DNA from: an uncultured Acidobacteriota bacterium
Lineage (GTDB): Bacteria > Acidobacteriota > Vicinamibacteria > Vicinamibacterales > UBA2999
Length of the DNA: 64,000 nucleotides
Reading direction: 5' to 3'
Assembly: GCA_963807105.1 (NCBI GenBank)
Contig: CAWEAM010000010.1
Span: 203,530-267,529 of the forward strand
The notes below the pieces were generated by a model. The model made no database searches, had not been told where the DNA came from, and worked only from the letters and a program-made list of their open reading frames with translations. The position numbers and the translations under genes are program-made. This document shows positions 53,012 to 63,301 of this stretch, piece after piece (within the stretch, counting starts at the first letter, position 1; the number at the start of each line of letters is the position of its first letter).

Positions 53012-54874
53012 TCACCACCCGATGGCATAGCCGGTCCGTCGCGGATCGGCACCAGCCATCATCGTTCCTGTCGTGGGATCGACGACGATCGCCTGCATGC
53101 CGCCGGCGCCCGCGGTGAAGTCGGACGTCAGCGTGACCTGATGCCCCCAGGCCTGCAGCATCTTGATCGCGGCAGGCGGCACACGACGCTCGATGGTGAC
53201 CGCGATCTCCGAACCGGGCTTGTAGAAATTGGGTTTGGCGTCGAGCACGAACCGCGGGCTCTCCACCGCCTGCTGCACCGGCATCTGGAAATCGACGACA
53301 TTGACGAGCATCTGGAACTGCGTCTGGCCGATGGTTTCGCCGCCCGGCGTGCCGAACACCATCACTACCTTGTCGTCCTTGAGGACGATCGTCGGCGCGT
53401 TGTTGAGCAGCGGAATCTGTCCGCCGCGAGCGTAGTTGACGTTGTCCGGGTAAGGCGACGACGAACCGAGGCGGATGCCGTTATTGAGAAGCAGCCCCGT
53501 ATTGCCGACGACGACACCGCTGCCGAAGCCGCCGCCCAGCGTCGGCGTGCACGCGACGGCGTTGCCGAACTTGTCGATGATCGAGAAGCTCGTGGTGTCC
53601 TTCTCGGTCTCGTAGTTCTCGTCGAACGCCGGCCCGGTCGCGGGGCGGCGAAGGAACGCGGCGATGCCCGCGGAGGTGGACGCGAACTTGTCGGGTTGGC
53701 CCGACTCTGGATAGACGATCGCCTTGGCCGGTGTGATCAGACTGCGCCGCGTTTCGGCATACGACTTGGAGAGGAGACCGGCCATCGGGATCTGCGTGAA
53801 CTTCGGGTCGGCGACGTAGCGATAGACGTCGGCTTTGGCAATCTTGATCGCCTCGATCATCAGGTGAAGCGCTTCCGGACTGTGCGCGCCCATCTGCCTG
53901 AGGTCGAAGCCTTCAACGAGGTTCAACTGCATCGCCAGCTCGATGCCACCGCGCGACGTCGCCGGGTTGGAGTAGACGTCGTGCCCGCGATAGGTCACAT
54001 GTACCGGTTCCTGCCACTGCGGCCGGTAGCCGGCCAGATCGGCCGCGGTGAGCACGCCGCGGTTTTCCTTGAAGAACCGATCGAACTCCTGCGCGATGTC
54101 GCCCTTGTAGAACCGGTCGAACGCCGCGTCGATCGCGGCGGCGCGTGTCTTCTTCGCCTTCAGCGCGGTCTGCTCCGCTTCCACCAGCTTCTTTATCGTG
54201 CTCGCCAGGTCTGCGTTCTTCCACATCTCGCCGGGCCTGGGCGCCTTCCCTCCGGGCAGGAACACCTTCGCGCTGGTCTGGTACTTCGCGAGCGTTGCCT
54301 GCGCGCGCGAGATGGCGGTGGCAAGCGACGGATCCACCGGGTAGCCGTTGTCGGCGTAATCGATCGCCGAGGCGAACACATCGCCGACGCTCATCGTGCC
54401 AAACCGTTGCAGCGCGATCAGATACCCGCCCAGGTTGCCGGGGACGATGCCGGCGTCGATGCCCGAATTCAGCGTCTCTGGTGTGGCGCGCTCGGCGTTG
54501 AAGGCCTTGGGCGTGGCTCCCGTCATCGCGAGCGAGTACACGCGGCCGGTCTTATTCTCGTACACCGTCATGAACCCGTTGCCGCCGATGCCGTTCATCT
54601 GCGGCTCCATCATCGTCAGCGCCGCGCCGACCGCAGCGGCGGCGTCGACGGCGTTTCCGCCCTTCATCAGCACCTGCATCCCGGCCATCGCGGCAAGGGG
54701 ATGACCGGCCGTGACCAGGCCGTGCACGCCTGGCACCGACGGACGGTATGCCGCCAGCGGCCGACCGCGTCCCGCGCCTCCGTCCGGGTCCTGCCCGCGC
54801 AGATTGGATGTTCCGCCAATCGCCACAATCACGAGAACCAGCAACCCGAGTCGGAGGTGTGTTCGACGCTGCAT
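53012..54874 (-). CDS. ggt: gamma-glutamyltransferase
   Basis: ORF 53012..54970. ATG at 54874 follows GAGGAA. It has a signal peptide, GHPLAAMAGMQVLMKGGNAVDAA and the autoprocessing site ..EKDTTSFSIIDKFGNAVACTPTLGGGFGSG. Confidence 0.9.
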   Translation of the reverse strand: MQRRTHLRLGLLVLVIVAIGGTSNLRGQDPDGGAGRGRPLAAYRPSVPGVHGLVTAGHPLAAMAGMQVLMKGGNAVDAAAAVGAALTMMEPQMNGIGGNGFMTVYENKTGRVYSLAMTGATPKAFNAERATPETLNSGIDAGIVPGNLGGYLIALQRFGTMSVGDVFASAIDYADNGYPVDPSLATAISRAQATLAKYQTSAKVFLPGGKAPRPGEMWKNADLASTIKKLVEAEQTALKAKKTRAAAIDAAFDRFYKGDIAQEFDRFFKENRGVLTAADLAGYRPQWQEPVHVTYRGHDVYSNPATSRGGIELAMQLNLVEGFDLRQMGAHSPEALHLMIEAIKIAKADVYRYVADPKFTQIPMAGLLSKSYAETRRSLITPAKAIVYPESGQPDKFASTSAGIAAFLRRPATGPAFDENYETEKDTTSFSIIDKFGNAVACTPTLGGGFGSGVVVGNTGLLLNNGIRLGSSSPYPDNVNYARGGQIPLLNNAPTIVLKDDKVVMVFGTPGGETIGQTQFQMLVNVVDFQMPVQQAVESPRFVLDAKPNFYKPGSEIAVTIERRVPPAAIKMLQAWGHQVTLTSDFTAGAGGMQAIVVDPTTGTMMAGADPRRTGYAIGW

Positions 54875-54911
54875 GGGTTTCCTCACAGAGAACTGACGCA
54901 GATGGCCGCCG

Positions 54912-57782
54912 TCAGAACGAGAATCGAAGTCCCCACTGTACCTGCCGCGCCGCTCGCGCCGATGACGCAATGAGGAACGAGTTGGTGTTCATGTTGCCGT
55001 TGTAGCCGGAGTAGTTCACCTTGTTCGTCAGGTTGAACGTTTCGAGGAACACTTCGATCCGCCGATCCGACGGGAGGCGGAAAGCCTTCGTCGCGCGCAA
55101 GTCGAGCGTGAAGTAGCCGAAGAGATCAAGGCGAGCCGCGTCGATCGGTTGCAGATTGATCGTTTGGCGGAAGGTATTGACCAGCGACAGCTGATCGTCG
55201 ACGTCGCCGCGGCCGATGGTCGGCGGCAGGCCGACCGGCCGATCGCCCTGCGCGACGTTGTCGCCATCGAGATCGGGTCCCGCCTGGACCCTGAAGGGCG
55301 TGCCGCTCAGTGCCTTCAGGATGCCGCTGAACTGAACATCGAACGGCAGCACCGTGGACGCCGACACCGAAATGTTGTGCGGTGTGTCGAGCACGTGGTC
55401 GCCTTTCTCCTGCGGGGTTCGCTGCGTGCCGCGCAGCGTGTTGAAGAAGTCCACGCCGTTGATCTGCTGCTTCGAGAACGTGTAGGACACCTGCAGGCTG
55501 TTGGCGCCGCGGACGCGGGTGCGCAGCTGCATCTGCAGCGCGTTGTAGCGGCTGGTCACATAGTTCTGCAGCGCCAGTACCTGCGCAAACTGCGGCACCG
55601 GTCGCGGGTTGGCCGCGCCCACGCGCCCCGTCGGCGGCAGGTTCAGATCGATCGTGCCGATCTGATTCCGTCCGAGGGTGTTCACGTAATCGATGTCGAG
55701 CGACGTGACGGCATTGAGCTGCCAGCCGACGCCGACCGTCGTGTTGTAGGACGACGGCAGCTTGAAATCGTCGGGAATCAACGTGCCGATGTTCTGCGAC
55801 GCTGTCGTCGCGAACTCGCTAAGGCTGCGGCCACCGAGCACACCGTCGATGTCAGGGAAGAACCGCAGCGCTGCCGGATCGGTGATGAACACCGAGCTGC
55901 TCGTCGTCTGGTTCATCGTCCGCGCTGCGAACCACGGGCGATTGCGGGTGACGTAGCGGCCCCAGCCGGCGCGCGCTACGAGCGAGCCGTTGCCGCTGAT
56001 GTCGTAGGCGACGCCGAGTCGCGGCTGCAGGGTCGCCGAGTAGGTGCCGGCATCGGCGTCGCCGCGGAAGACGCCGAGCGGCGCGTAGAAGGGGTTCGCG
56101 AGAAGATCGGTGTAGAACTCATTGATCCGCAGATTGGTGTCGAGGTCGTAGCGCAGGCCGAGATTGACGTGCAGCCTCGGCTTCACCTGCCATTCGTCCT
56201 GCACGTATGCGGCGAATTGCTGGGAGTTGTAGCTGTAGAAGCCCGGCGTCTGCATCGTAAAGGAGATCGGGTAGGTCAGCGGGTTCGCCGCGTTGAACGC
56301 CGCGTCGGTCGTGAAGGTGAAGACGCCCTTTTCGTTGAAGTGCGCCTCGAACGGGAAGTGGTCGTAGGCGTAATCCAGGCCGATCTTGAAGTCGTGTGAG
56401 CCGGTGTTGTAGTAAAGCGTCTCGTAGGCCGACAGCGCCCACCGATCGAAGATCTGCGGCGAGATGCTCGACTGGCCCCAGGAGAACGACGGCCGCACGA
56501 CGCCGAGCGTGTCGCTGTTGGGCAGCGTGGCCAGGTAGTTCTTGAAGTAGTGCACCCGAAAGGTGTTGACCATGCGCTCCGACAGCACCCAGCTGTCCTG
56601 CGCCACCGTGCTGTGCGCGCGGATGTTGGAATCGGTCGAGGTCGTCCCGAGCATGAGGCCGCCGCCGACGTCGTGCAGCGGCTTCTTCGCCCCCCCGAGG
56701 TTCTGATTGTCGTAGGCGTAGCGGACGAACATCCGGTGTGTGCTACTGAGCTGATGGTCGATCTTCAGCGCGCCCAGGGTTTCGCGCGTCGGCGTGTCGA
56801 ACATCCCGTTTTCGAGCGGCGCGAAGGGATTGGTGGTGGGAAGCGAGACCAGGGTCGTGTTGTTGACGATCAGCCGTTCGGCCGAGGCGAAGAAGTGCGT
56901 ACGGTTCGGCACGATGGGTCCACCAAACGACCCGCCAACTCGCGTCTGACTGAATGGCACCTCAGTGGTCGCGAACGCGTTCCTGGCGTCGAGCGCCTCG
57001 TCGCGGCCGAAGTAATAGCCGCTGCCGCTGAACCGGTTGGTCCCCGACTTCGTCGCCACACTGACGACGGCGACGAGCGCGGCGCCGTACTGCGCGTCGA
57101 ACTGGTTGCGGAAGACCTTGAACTCCTGCACCGCGTCCTGGCTCACATTGACGATCGGGCTGCCCCAGTCGGTGTCGTCTACGCTGCCGCCGTCCACGAT
57201 CGTGGTGTAGCCGTTGCGTTGATCCGCGGGGCCGCCGAACTTGGTCGAGGCAAAGGTTGTGTTGCCGGCGGTCAGCGGGGCGGAGCCCGGCAGCGTCTGC
57301 GCCAGCACGAGGAAATTGCGGTCGAGGACCGGCAGCGTCTCGATCTGATCGGCCAGCACCACCGACGTAGGCTCGGATCGCGCGGTCTCGATCAGTGGCG
57401 ACTGCCCTGACACAGTCACGGTTTCCTGCACGCTGGCGAGCGAGAGCTTGAAGTCCATCCGCGCGTCGGCGCCAACCGTCAGCGTGATCGCCCGCGTTTG
57501 CGCGCTGAAGCCGGCGAGCTCGATCTTGATCTCGTAGGGGGCTGGCGGCAGCGCCACCGCTCGATAGCTCCCTTCCGTTCCGGTGACCAGCACCTGCCTG
57601 GCGCCGTTGGACGTATTGGTGACCGTCACGGTGACACCGGGCAGTAACGCGCCGGTATCGTCAGTGACGACGCCGCCCACCGACGCTCCGACCTGAGCCT
57701 GCGTACGCTCGGGAAGAACCAGGGCCGCGCCGAAGACGGCAGTGAGAACGACCAATCGCAGTGAACGACTCTTCGACGTCAT
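54912..57782 (-). CDS. TonB-dependent receptor with N-terminal carboxypeptidase-regulatory-like domain
   Basis: Signal peptide, then GGVVTDDTGALLPGVTVTVTNTSNGARQVLVTGTEGSYRAVALPPAPYEIKIELAGF. A plug and a long beta-barrel follow, ending ..QWGLRFSF (terminal aromatic). Confidence 0.85.
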   Translation of the reverse strand: MTSKSRSLRLVVLTAVFGAALVLPERTQAQVGASVGGVVTDDTGALLPGVTVTVTNTSNGARQVLVTGTEGSYRAVALPPAPYEIKIELAGFSAQTRAITLTVGADARMDFKLSLASVQETVTVSGQSPLIETARSEPTSVVLADQIETLPVLDRNFLVLAQTLPGSAPLTAGNTTFASTKFGGPADQRNGYTTIVDGGSVDDTDWGSPIVNVSQDAVQEFKVFRNQFDAQYGAALVAVVSVATKSGTNRFSGSGYYFGRDEALDARNAFATTEVPFSQTRVGGSFGGPIVPNRTHFFASAERLIVNNTTLVSLPTTNPFAPLENGMFDTPTRETLGALKIDHQLSSTHRMFVRYAYDNQNLGGAKKPLHDVGGGLMLGTTSTDSNIRAHSTVAQDSWVLSERMVNTFRVHYFKNYLATLPNSDTLGVVRPSFSWGQSSISPQIFDRWALSAYETLYYNTGSHDFKIGLDYAYDHFPFEAHFNEKGVFTFTTDAAFNAANPLTYPISFTMQTPGFYSYNSQQFAAYVQDEWQVKPRLHVNLGLRYDLDTNLRINEFYTDLLANPFYAPLGVFRGDADAGTYSATLQPRLGVAYDISGNGSLVARAGWGRYVTRNRPWFAARTMNQTTSSSVFITDPAALRFFPDIDGVLGGRSLSEFATTASQNIGTLIPDDFKLPSSYNTTVGVGWQLNAVTSLDIDYVNTLGRNQIGTIDLNLPPTGRVGAANPRPVPQFAQVLALQNYVTSRYNALQMQLRTRVRGANSLQVSYTFSKQQINGVDFFNTLRGTQRTPQEKGDHVLDTPHNISVSASTVLPFDVQFSGILKALSGTPFRVQAGPDLDGDNVAQGDRPVGLPPTIGRGDVDDQLSLVNTFRQTINLQPIDAARLDLFGYFTLDLRATKAFRLPSDRRIEVFLETFNLTNKVNYSGYNGNMNTNSFLIASSARAARQVQWGLRFSF

Positions 57783-57815
57783 GACTGGGCCTCCCGTGAA
57801 GAACCCGCCTGTTTG

Positions 57816-58817
57816 CTACTGACTCTGAGGTTTGCGCGCGCTCTGAACGAAACGGGCAACCTGTTCGTGCGTCGCGAACCACACGCCGCGGTGCCCGCGG
57901 ATATAAGTGATGAGTTGATCGAGCATGACGACCCGGGAGCGATGGCCCGAAACGCGCGGGTGCATGGTCAACTGAAAGAGTCCACGTTCTTCGTAGGCCT
58001 TGTCGAACTCGGCGCGCCACGTCTCGAGGACGGCATTAGGGCTGTGCGGGTTCTGACGCTGAAAGTACATCGCGTCGTCTCGCATCCACTCGACCGGGAC
58101 TTCAATCAGGCCGGTCGCCGTCCCATCCACGAAGATTTCGTACGGCTCGTCATCGGCCATCATGCCGCTGTCGTAGACGAAGCCGAGCTCGCGCAGCAGG
58201 CCGAGGGTGGCGTCGCTGAACGCCCATGAAGGCGAGCGGTAGCCAACGGGTGTCTTGCCCGTGACCGACTGAAGGGCAGCGATGGCCTTGGTCAGCAGAC
58301 GACGCTCGTCGGCTGCGGGCAGTGCGCTGTTGTTCTCGTGAATCCAGCCGTGCACGCCGATCTCGTGGCGGCCGCTCGCGAGGATCTGCCTGAGAGTTTC
58401 AGGGTAAAACTGCGCGGTGACGCCAGTCACGAAAAACGATGCGGGTACTTTGTGTTTGTCGAGCAGCTTGAGGAGCCGTGGCAGACCGACGCGGCCGTCG
58501 TACTGGCTGTTGGTGTTCGTGCTGGCCGCCGGGCCAGGCTCGTAAACCGTTCCCATTTGATAGTCGAACGACAGCGCTACGGCCACCTGCGCGCCGTCCG
58601 GCCATCGCTCCGGCTTGAGGCTTGGCCCGGCGCTCACGCGGCGCCAGAACTCGGCAATCTTCTCGTCCGTCCATTTCCACGACGGATCCTGCTGTGCCGC
58701 ATCGGCCGGCGTTTGCGCGTCCGCGAGACTACCTCGCTGCCCGGGTCCTGTCAGGACTCCGAGAAGAACGACGATCAAGAACGCGATCGAGCGCCCGGGA
58801 AAACGAACGACGCCCAC
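57816..58817 (-). CDS. polysaccharide deacetylase (NodB-homology) family protein, secreted
   Basis: Signal peptide, VALSFDYQ, HEIGVHGWIHE and LTMHPRVSG. Confidence 0.8.
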   Translation of the reverse strand: MGVVRFPGRSIAFLIVVLLGVLTGPGQRGSLADAQTPADAAQQDPSWKWTDEKIAEFWRRVSAGPSLKPERWPDGAQVAVALSFDYQMGTVYEPGPAASTNTNSQYDGRVGLPRLLKLLDKHKVPASFFVTGVTAQFYPETLRQILASGRHEIGVHGWIHENNSALPAADERRLLTKAIAALQSVTGKTPVGYRSPSWAFSDATLGLLRELGFVYDSGMMADDEPYEIFVDGTATGLIEVPVEWMRDDAMYFQRQNPHSPNAVLETWRAEFDKAYEERGLFQLTMHPRVSGHRSRVVMLDQLITYIRGHRGVWFATHEQVARFVQSARKPQSQ

Positions 58818-59100
58818 GGTGCACCTCGGATTCTACGGTGCGCGGATTATAGCCGACAGGTTCGCGCAGCCCTCGCGCCACAGGGCGGAAGAGCCTTCTC
58901 TTCCGTTCCGTACGGTTTCCTGAATTGATAGGGCCTATCGCTCGATTCTGTTGTCGCAGTTTGTCGCGATCGGAGGGATTGACTCGCCGACGTGAGGATC
59001 CATCGGTCCTCGAGGCCTCCCTTTGATCGCGTGCGAGTCGCGGCGGGCGCGGTTCTCGCCGCGAACCCGGTCGGCATGAGCATGAAGTGCTCGCTGGATC

Positions 59101-59180
59101 TGCCGGCCGTCGCGCCGTTTGTTCGGCGCGCCGACCGGGTTTGTCGGGGCGAGTTGCGCCTAACGCGCTCGAAGGCCGCG
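59101..59180. repeat. intergenic repeat family, left-module-only copy (copy D)
   Basis: ctgccggccgtcgcgccgtttgttcggcgcgccgaccgggtttgtcggggcgagttgcgcctaacgcgctcgaaggccgcg matches the reverse complement of 4031-4112 with a handful of mismatches. Weaker related sequence extends back to about 58950. Confidence 0.8.
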
Positions 59181-59350
59181 ACAAACGATCCATGGGCGTA
59201 AAGTGCTCCTGGATCGCACGCTACGCCTCACGCGTTCACTCAGCGGCTCGCGTCAGCGGCTCGCTCATCAGGCAGGCGATTGCCCTCGTCGGACGCGATC
59301 TACGGCGACAGGTTCTGGATACAATCGCGCCCATCCACAAACGTCGTTCC

Positions 59351-60343
59351 ATGAGGATGCTAATGAGACTGCACCGATTTGCCGTCGTCGCTCTGGCGCT
59401 GGCCCTGCTAACAGCCTCCACGGGCGCAGAGCAGAAGCAGAGGTACGTTGGCGCAGACGGCAAACTGCGCGTCGCGCTAGTGAAACAACCGCTCTCGCCG
59501 AACGGTCCGTCGAAGGGACCGACGACGATGGCCGAAGGGGGTATTCAGAAGATCCTCGAGGGAATCGGTGCGACAGTCCGGGTCGAAGAGGCCCGCCTCA
59601 CCGCGGATGAAGAAACCGAGTATGGCGGCTGGAAACGGCTCGGCATGTCGCTCGGCCATTTCGCCGATATCGTGGCAGGCAACGAGCGGGACGGCTACTT
59701 CACCGTGGGTCTGCTCGCCACGTGTCCGTCGATGCCTGGCCTCGTTGCGGGTCTTCAGCGGTCGGGACCGACGCGCGAGCCGATCAAGATCGGCATGCTG
59801 TGGCTCGATGCGCATCCCGACTTCAACACCCCGGAAACGACGCGCAGCGGATCGCTCGGCGGCATGCCGGTGGCGGTGGCGACCGGACGGGCTTTGCAAG
59901 TGATGCGCCTCGACGCGAAACTCGATCCCCCACTGCCCGACCGCCACATCGTGATGGGCGGCGTGCGGCTGACCGACCCGCTGGAGCAGCACCTGCTCGA
60001 CAACTCGTTGATCGAGCAGCTGAGCGTGGACGACCTGCGCAACATTACCCCCGCCGTGTGGGCGCAGCTCGATCGGCTCGATCGACTCACCGACAAGATC
60101 TACGTGCACATCGACATGGATGTCCTCGACCCGCGCGAAGTGATGGCGCACGGCAACAAGGTGCCCAACGGTCCGTCGAGCGATCAGCTGGCGAAGCTGT
60201 TCGAAGCGATCTTCGCGCGATATGCCAAGGCGTCGGCGATCGGCTTCGCCACGATTCCGCTGACCGACGAAGGCGGGCTCTCGATCGCGGCGGTGAATCG
60301 AATGATTGCCGCGGCGGTTCGCGGTGTGAAAGCGCGCCGCTGA
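59351..60343 (+). CDS. arginase/agmatinase/formiminoglutamase-family (ureohydrolase fold) protein with signal peptide
   Basis: ORF 59087..60343. ATG at 59351 (MRMLMRLHRFAVVALALALLTASTGA) is preferred. It has WLDAHPDFNTP, SLGGMPVA and VHIDMDVLDP (Mn-binding DxHxD / DxD pattern). Confidence 0.8.
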   Translation: MRMLMRLHRFAVVALALALLTASTGAEQKQRYVGADGKLRVALVKQPLSPNGPSKGPTTMAEGGIQKILEGIGATVRVEEARLTADEETEYGGWKRLGMSLGHFADIVAGNERDGYFTVGLLATCPSMPGLVAGLQRSGPTREPIKIGMLWLDAHPDFNTPETTRSGSLGGMPVAVATGRALQVMRLDAKLDPPLPDRHIVMGGVRLTDPLEQHLLDNSLIEQLSVDDLRNITPAVWAQLDRLDRLTDKIYVHIDMDVLDPREVMAHGNKVPNGPSSDQLAKLFEAIFARYAKASAIGFATIPLTDEGGLSIAAVNRMIAAAVRGVKARR

Positions 60344-60376
60344 AGAGCGAGGTCGGCCGCCGGCGTGTGAGCCGTC

Positions 60377-61678
60377 TCAGCGAGTGAGCGCCTGATACAC
60401 CAGCGGCTGGAACGCGTCAGACACCGCGTTCTGGCCGGGAAACCGCTGCACCATCACCAGCGCAACGAGCTTCTCCTTCGGATCGACCCAGAACTTGGTT
60501 CCGTAGATCCCCTCCCACCCATACATGCCAACCGATCCGAGCGCCTGCGAGGCGCCCAGATCGGTCAACACGCGAAAGCCAAGGCCGAATTGCGCGCCAA
60601 GGCCGATGAGTGGCGAGGGTGGCAAGTCCGCAGTGTGACTCGCGGTCATCAACTCGATCGATTTCGGACTCAGCAGGCGGGCGTCTTCGAGCACGCCGCC
60701 GTTGAGCAGCATCTGCGCAAACCGCGCGTAATCGCGCGCCGTGGACGCGAGCCCGGCGCCGCCGGAGAAATAGCGCTTCCCTTCCTTGTAGTACGCGAGC
60801 GGCGACATGTTGACGTTGCCGAACGCCTCGGGATCCTTCATCGGGCGAATGCCGCCTTTGCCGTCCGCCGTATACAGAGTGGTCAGTCGTGACCACTTCG
60901 CATCCGGCACGATAAAGTCCGTGTCGCTCATCCGCAGCGGCGCGAAGATCCGCTCCCTGAGAACGACGTTGAATGGCTGGCCCGAAGCCACTTCGACGAC
61001 ACGGCCGAGCACGTCGGTTGCCAGGCTGTAATTCCACGCCGAGCCGGGCTGCGCGATCAAGGGCTCCGCGGCGAGCTTGTCGATCCCCTCCTCGAGCGTC
61101 ATCGTCGTCGTTGTCAATCCGTCTGTCACGCCGTTCTTGCGATAGCCGTTGCCAACCGCGCCACCGTTGATGAAGCCGTAGGTGATGCCGGATCGGTGCG
61201 AGAGCAAATCGCGAATGCTGATTGGGCGCCGCGCCGCCACCGGCGTGTCGGAGCCGGGTTCGAGCACTTGCGCGCTTTTGAAGGCCGGGATGAACCTCGA
61301 AACGGGATCGGAGAGCAGCAGCTTCCCGTCCTCGTAGAGCATCATCACTGCAACGCTGGCGATCGGCTTCGTCATCGAAGCGATGCGGAAGATCGAGTCG
61401 GTCTTCATCCGCTTGCCGCTCTCGACATCCTGGAAGCCGACCGCATGGAGATCGACGATCCGGCCTTCGCGCGCGATCAGCGTGACGATGCCGCCGGCTT
61501 CGCGGCGATCGACGAAGCCCTGCATGCCGCGATGGAGCCGCTCGAGCCGCTCCGCCGAAATCCCAACGCTCGCTGGCGGTGCCGGTGTGCGCGGCGTGGA
61601 CGCCTGCTGCGCGGATACGGCAAGACCCGCGACTGCAAACAGGACCAGCGTGCGAAACAGGGACTTAATCCCCATCAT
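60377..61678 (-). CDS. beta-lactamase-related serine hydrolase (class C / DD-peptidase-like), secreted
   Basis: Signal peptide. FRIASMTKPIASVAVMML (SxxK) and ..YSLATDVLG. Confidence 0.85.
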   Translation of the reverse strand: MMGIKSLFRTLVLFAVAGLAVSAQQASTPRTPAPPASVGISAERLERLHRGMQGFVDRREAGGIVTLIAREGRIVDLHAVGFQDVESGKRMKTDSIFRIASMTKPIASVAVMMLYEDGKLLLSDPVSRFIPAFKSAQVLEPGSDTPVAARRPISIRDLLSHRSGITYGFINGGAVGNGYRKNGVTDGLTTTTMTLEEGIDKLAAEPLIAQPGSAWNYSLATDVLGRVVEVASGQPFNVVLRERIFAPLRMSDTDFIVPDAKWSRLTTLYTADGKGGIRPMKDPEAFGNVNMSPLAYYKEGKRYFSGGAGLASTARDYARFAQMLLNGGVLEDARLLSPKSIELMTASHTADLPPSPLIGLGAQFGLGFRVLTDLGASQALGSVGMYGWEGIYGTKFWVDPKEKLVALVMVQRFPGQNAVSDAFQPLVYQALTR

Positions 61679-62023
61679 CTGCTCACGGCTGTCTCGGCTG
61701 CCAGTTGGCGATCACCGTGATCGCGCTGGCCGCTTCCCGACTCACTTGCGCGATTGGCATGGATGAAGCGGGTGGATTATATAGCGCCCACCCATCGTCT
61801 TCCCGGCGCCGATATCGATGATCGCGCCCGAAGATCACGCCCTCCCGCGACGTGACGATCGGGGCACAGATGTCAACCGAGGTTCTTGGCCGAAATCAGG
61901 TTCGTCGGACCGTTGACACAATAACGATGGGCAGGTCGTCGGCTTTGCTCATCGACGGGACTGGTAGGCATGGCCGACGTTTGGCTCGCGCTCGAACGAC
62001 ATAGGGCGATCCGGATCGCGGAG

Positions 62024-63226
62024 TCAGCGTTCGACCGCGACGTCGAAGCGCAGCCCGCTCGATCCCTCGCCGCGGCCGATCTGCTTGCGGCGCGCGATCC
62101 AGAGATAGGTCGCGCCGTCGCTCCCGCGCGTGCGGCAGACGACGCGCGAGACGCGCACGCCTTCGCGCGGCACTTCTTCCTCGCGGATGCGGTAGGCGCG
62201 TCCGGTCAGCGCAGACGGCTGCAGGATGCGGCCCGTGGGCAAAACAGGTGTCGGCTCGACAACGGGGCGCAGCATCACGCCGCGCTCGAGCGCGATCTCT
62301 CCGTTGGCGGCATCGATGGCGACGGGGAGCAGCGGTATCCAGTGCTCCGGCACGCGGGTCTGGAGTTGATAGCGGAGCGGAGGCCCCTCCGCGCCTTCGG
62401 GCGTCCCCGCGGTTCCGGGCTGACTCTGCGGATTGACCGCGAGGTCGCGCTCGTGGCCGGGCCACGGTGCGCCCAATCCGTTTTCCGTTGTGAAGTCCAC
62501 CGCCCAGGCCATGTTCGCCATCTCGTCGCGCAGAAAGCGCACGTCTTCGACAACGATGCCGTCCTGCGCGACGGGACCAGCGTTTGGCGGCAGCACGAAG
62601 AAGTTCGCGAGACCGTCAGGCGCGCCCGGCTCGCTGGTGGAGAAACGCGTCCAGCGCTGACCCGTAGCCGGCGTGCTCTCGTCGGCGCGCTCGACCTCAG
62701 TCGTTCCGCCGAACACATCGTGAACAGCCAGCCGGTCGATGCGGCACAACGAGCCAGTCTCCAATTCGAGCGGCAGCAGAAACCAGTCGTTGCCCTGGAC
62801 GAGCATGAAGTCCATCACCACGAGCTTGACCAGATCGCGCTTGTCCGGCGCGATCGATCCGAAGTCCATCTGGCCGTTCTCGAAGTCCCACCATCGATGA
62901 TTCGGCATGCCGCGGAAGCGGACGTGACCGGGGATCGCGCTGCGCGTCACGCTCTGTACGGCGTCGGCAGGCACGCTGACGCCGGCGGACGCGCCCGCAG
63001 CGATCGACAGCGATTGCCACGCGAAGTCTCCACCGCCGTCGGGCTCGACGTCGATAACGGCGGCATTGCCGGTCGGCGCTGCGGCCACGAGCGACACGCG
63101 ATACTCGAGGCGTTCGGGCTTCCACGCCGGCACATCGCTCGCGCCGAAGCCGCCCCAGACTTCCTCGACCCACTCGATCAGCGTGCGCAACGCGCCGCGT
63201 ACTGCATCACGCTTTGGTCCGGGCAC
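62024..63226 (-). CDS. conserved-looking hypothetical protein, family not recognised
   Basis: 400 aa from GTG 63226. High third-position GC. Distinctive RFRGMPNHRWWDFENGQMDFGSI and VMDFMLVQGNDWFLLPLEL. The start is doubtful; see findings. Confidence 0.6.
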   Translation of the reverse strand: MPGPKRDAVRGALRTLIEWVEEVWGGFGASDVPAWKPERLEYRVSLVAAAPTGNAAVIDVEPDGGGDFAWQSLSIAAGASAGVSVPADAVQSVTRSAIPGHVRFRGMPNHRWWDFENGQMDFGSIAPDKRDLVKLVVMDFMLVQGNDWFLLPLELETGSLCRIDRLAVHDVFGGTTEVERADESTPATGQRWTRFSTSEPGAPDGLANFFVLPPNAGPVAQDGIVVEDVRFLRDEMANMAWAVDFTTENGLGAPWPGHERDLAVNPQSQPGTAGTPEGAEGPPLRYQLQTRVPEHWIPLLPVAIDAANGEIALERGVMLRPVVEPTPVLPTGRILQPSALTGRAYRIREEEVPREGVRVSRVVCRTRGSDGATYLWIARRKQIGRGEGSSGLRFDVAVER

Positions 63227-63301
63227 TGTTGGCGCCGCAGGGTGCCCCAGCCATAAACGCGCGCCGGTATCGACTCCGGCTCGGACACGATCTTCGGGAT
63301 C

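Noticed and set aside
61770-61793. AT-rich hairpin gggtgg attatatagcg cccaccc, whose minus-strand reading contains a perfect TATAAT about 95 nt upstream of the serine hydrolase gene.
   Set aside because: No acceptable -35 element lies at 17 +/- 1 nt. The stem is only 6-7 bp. It cannot be told apart from a chance AT-rich patch or a weak terminator of 62024..63226.
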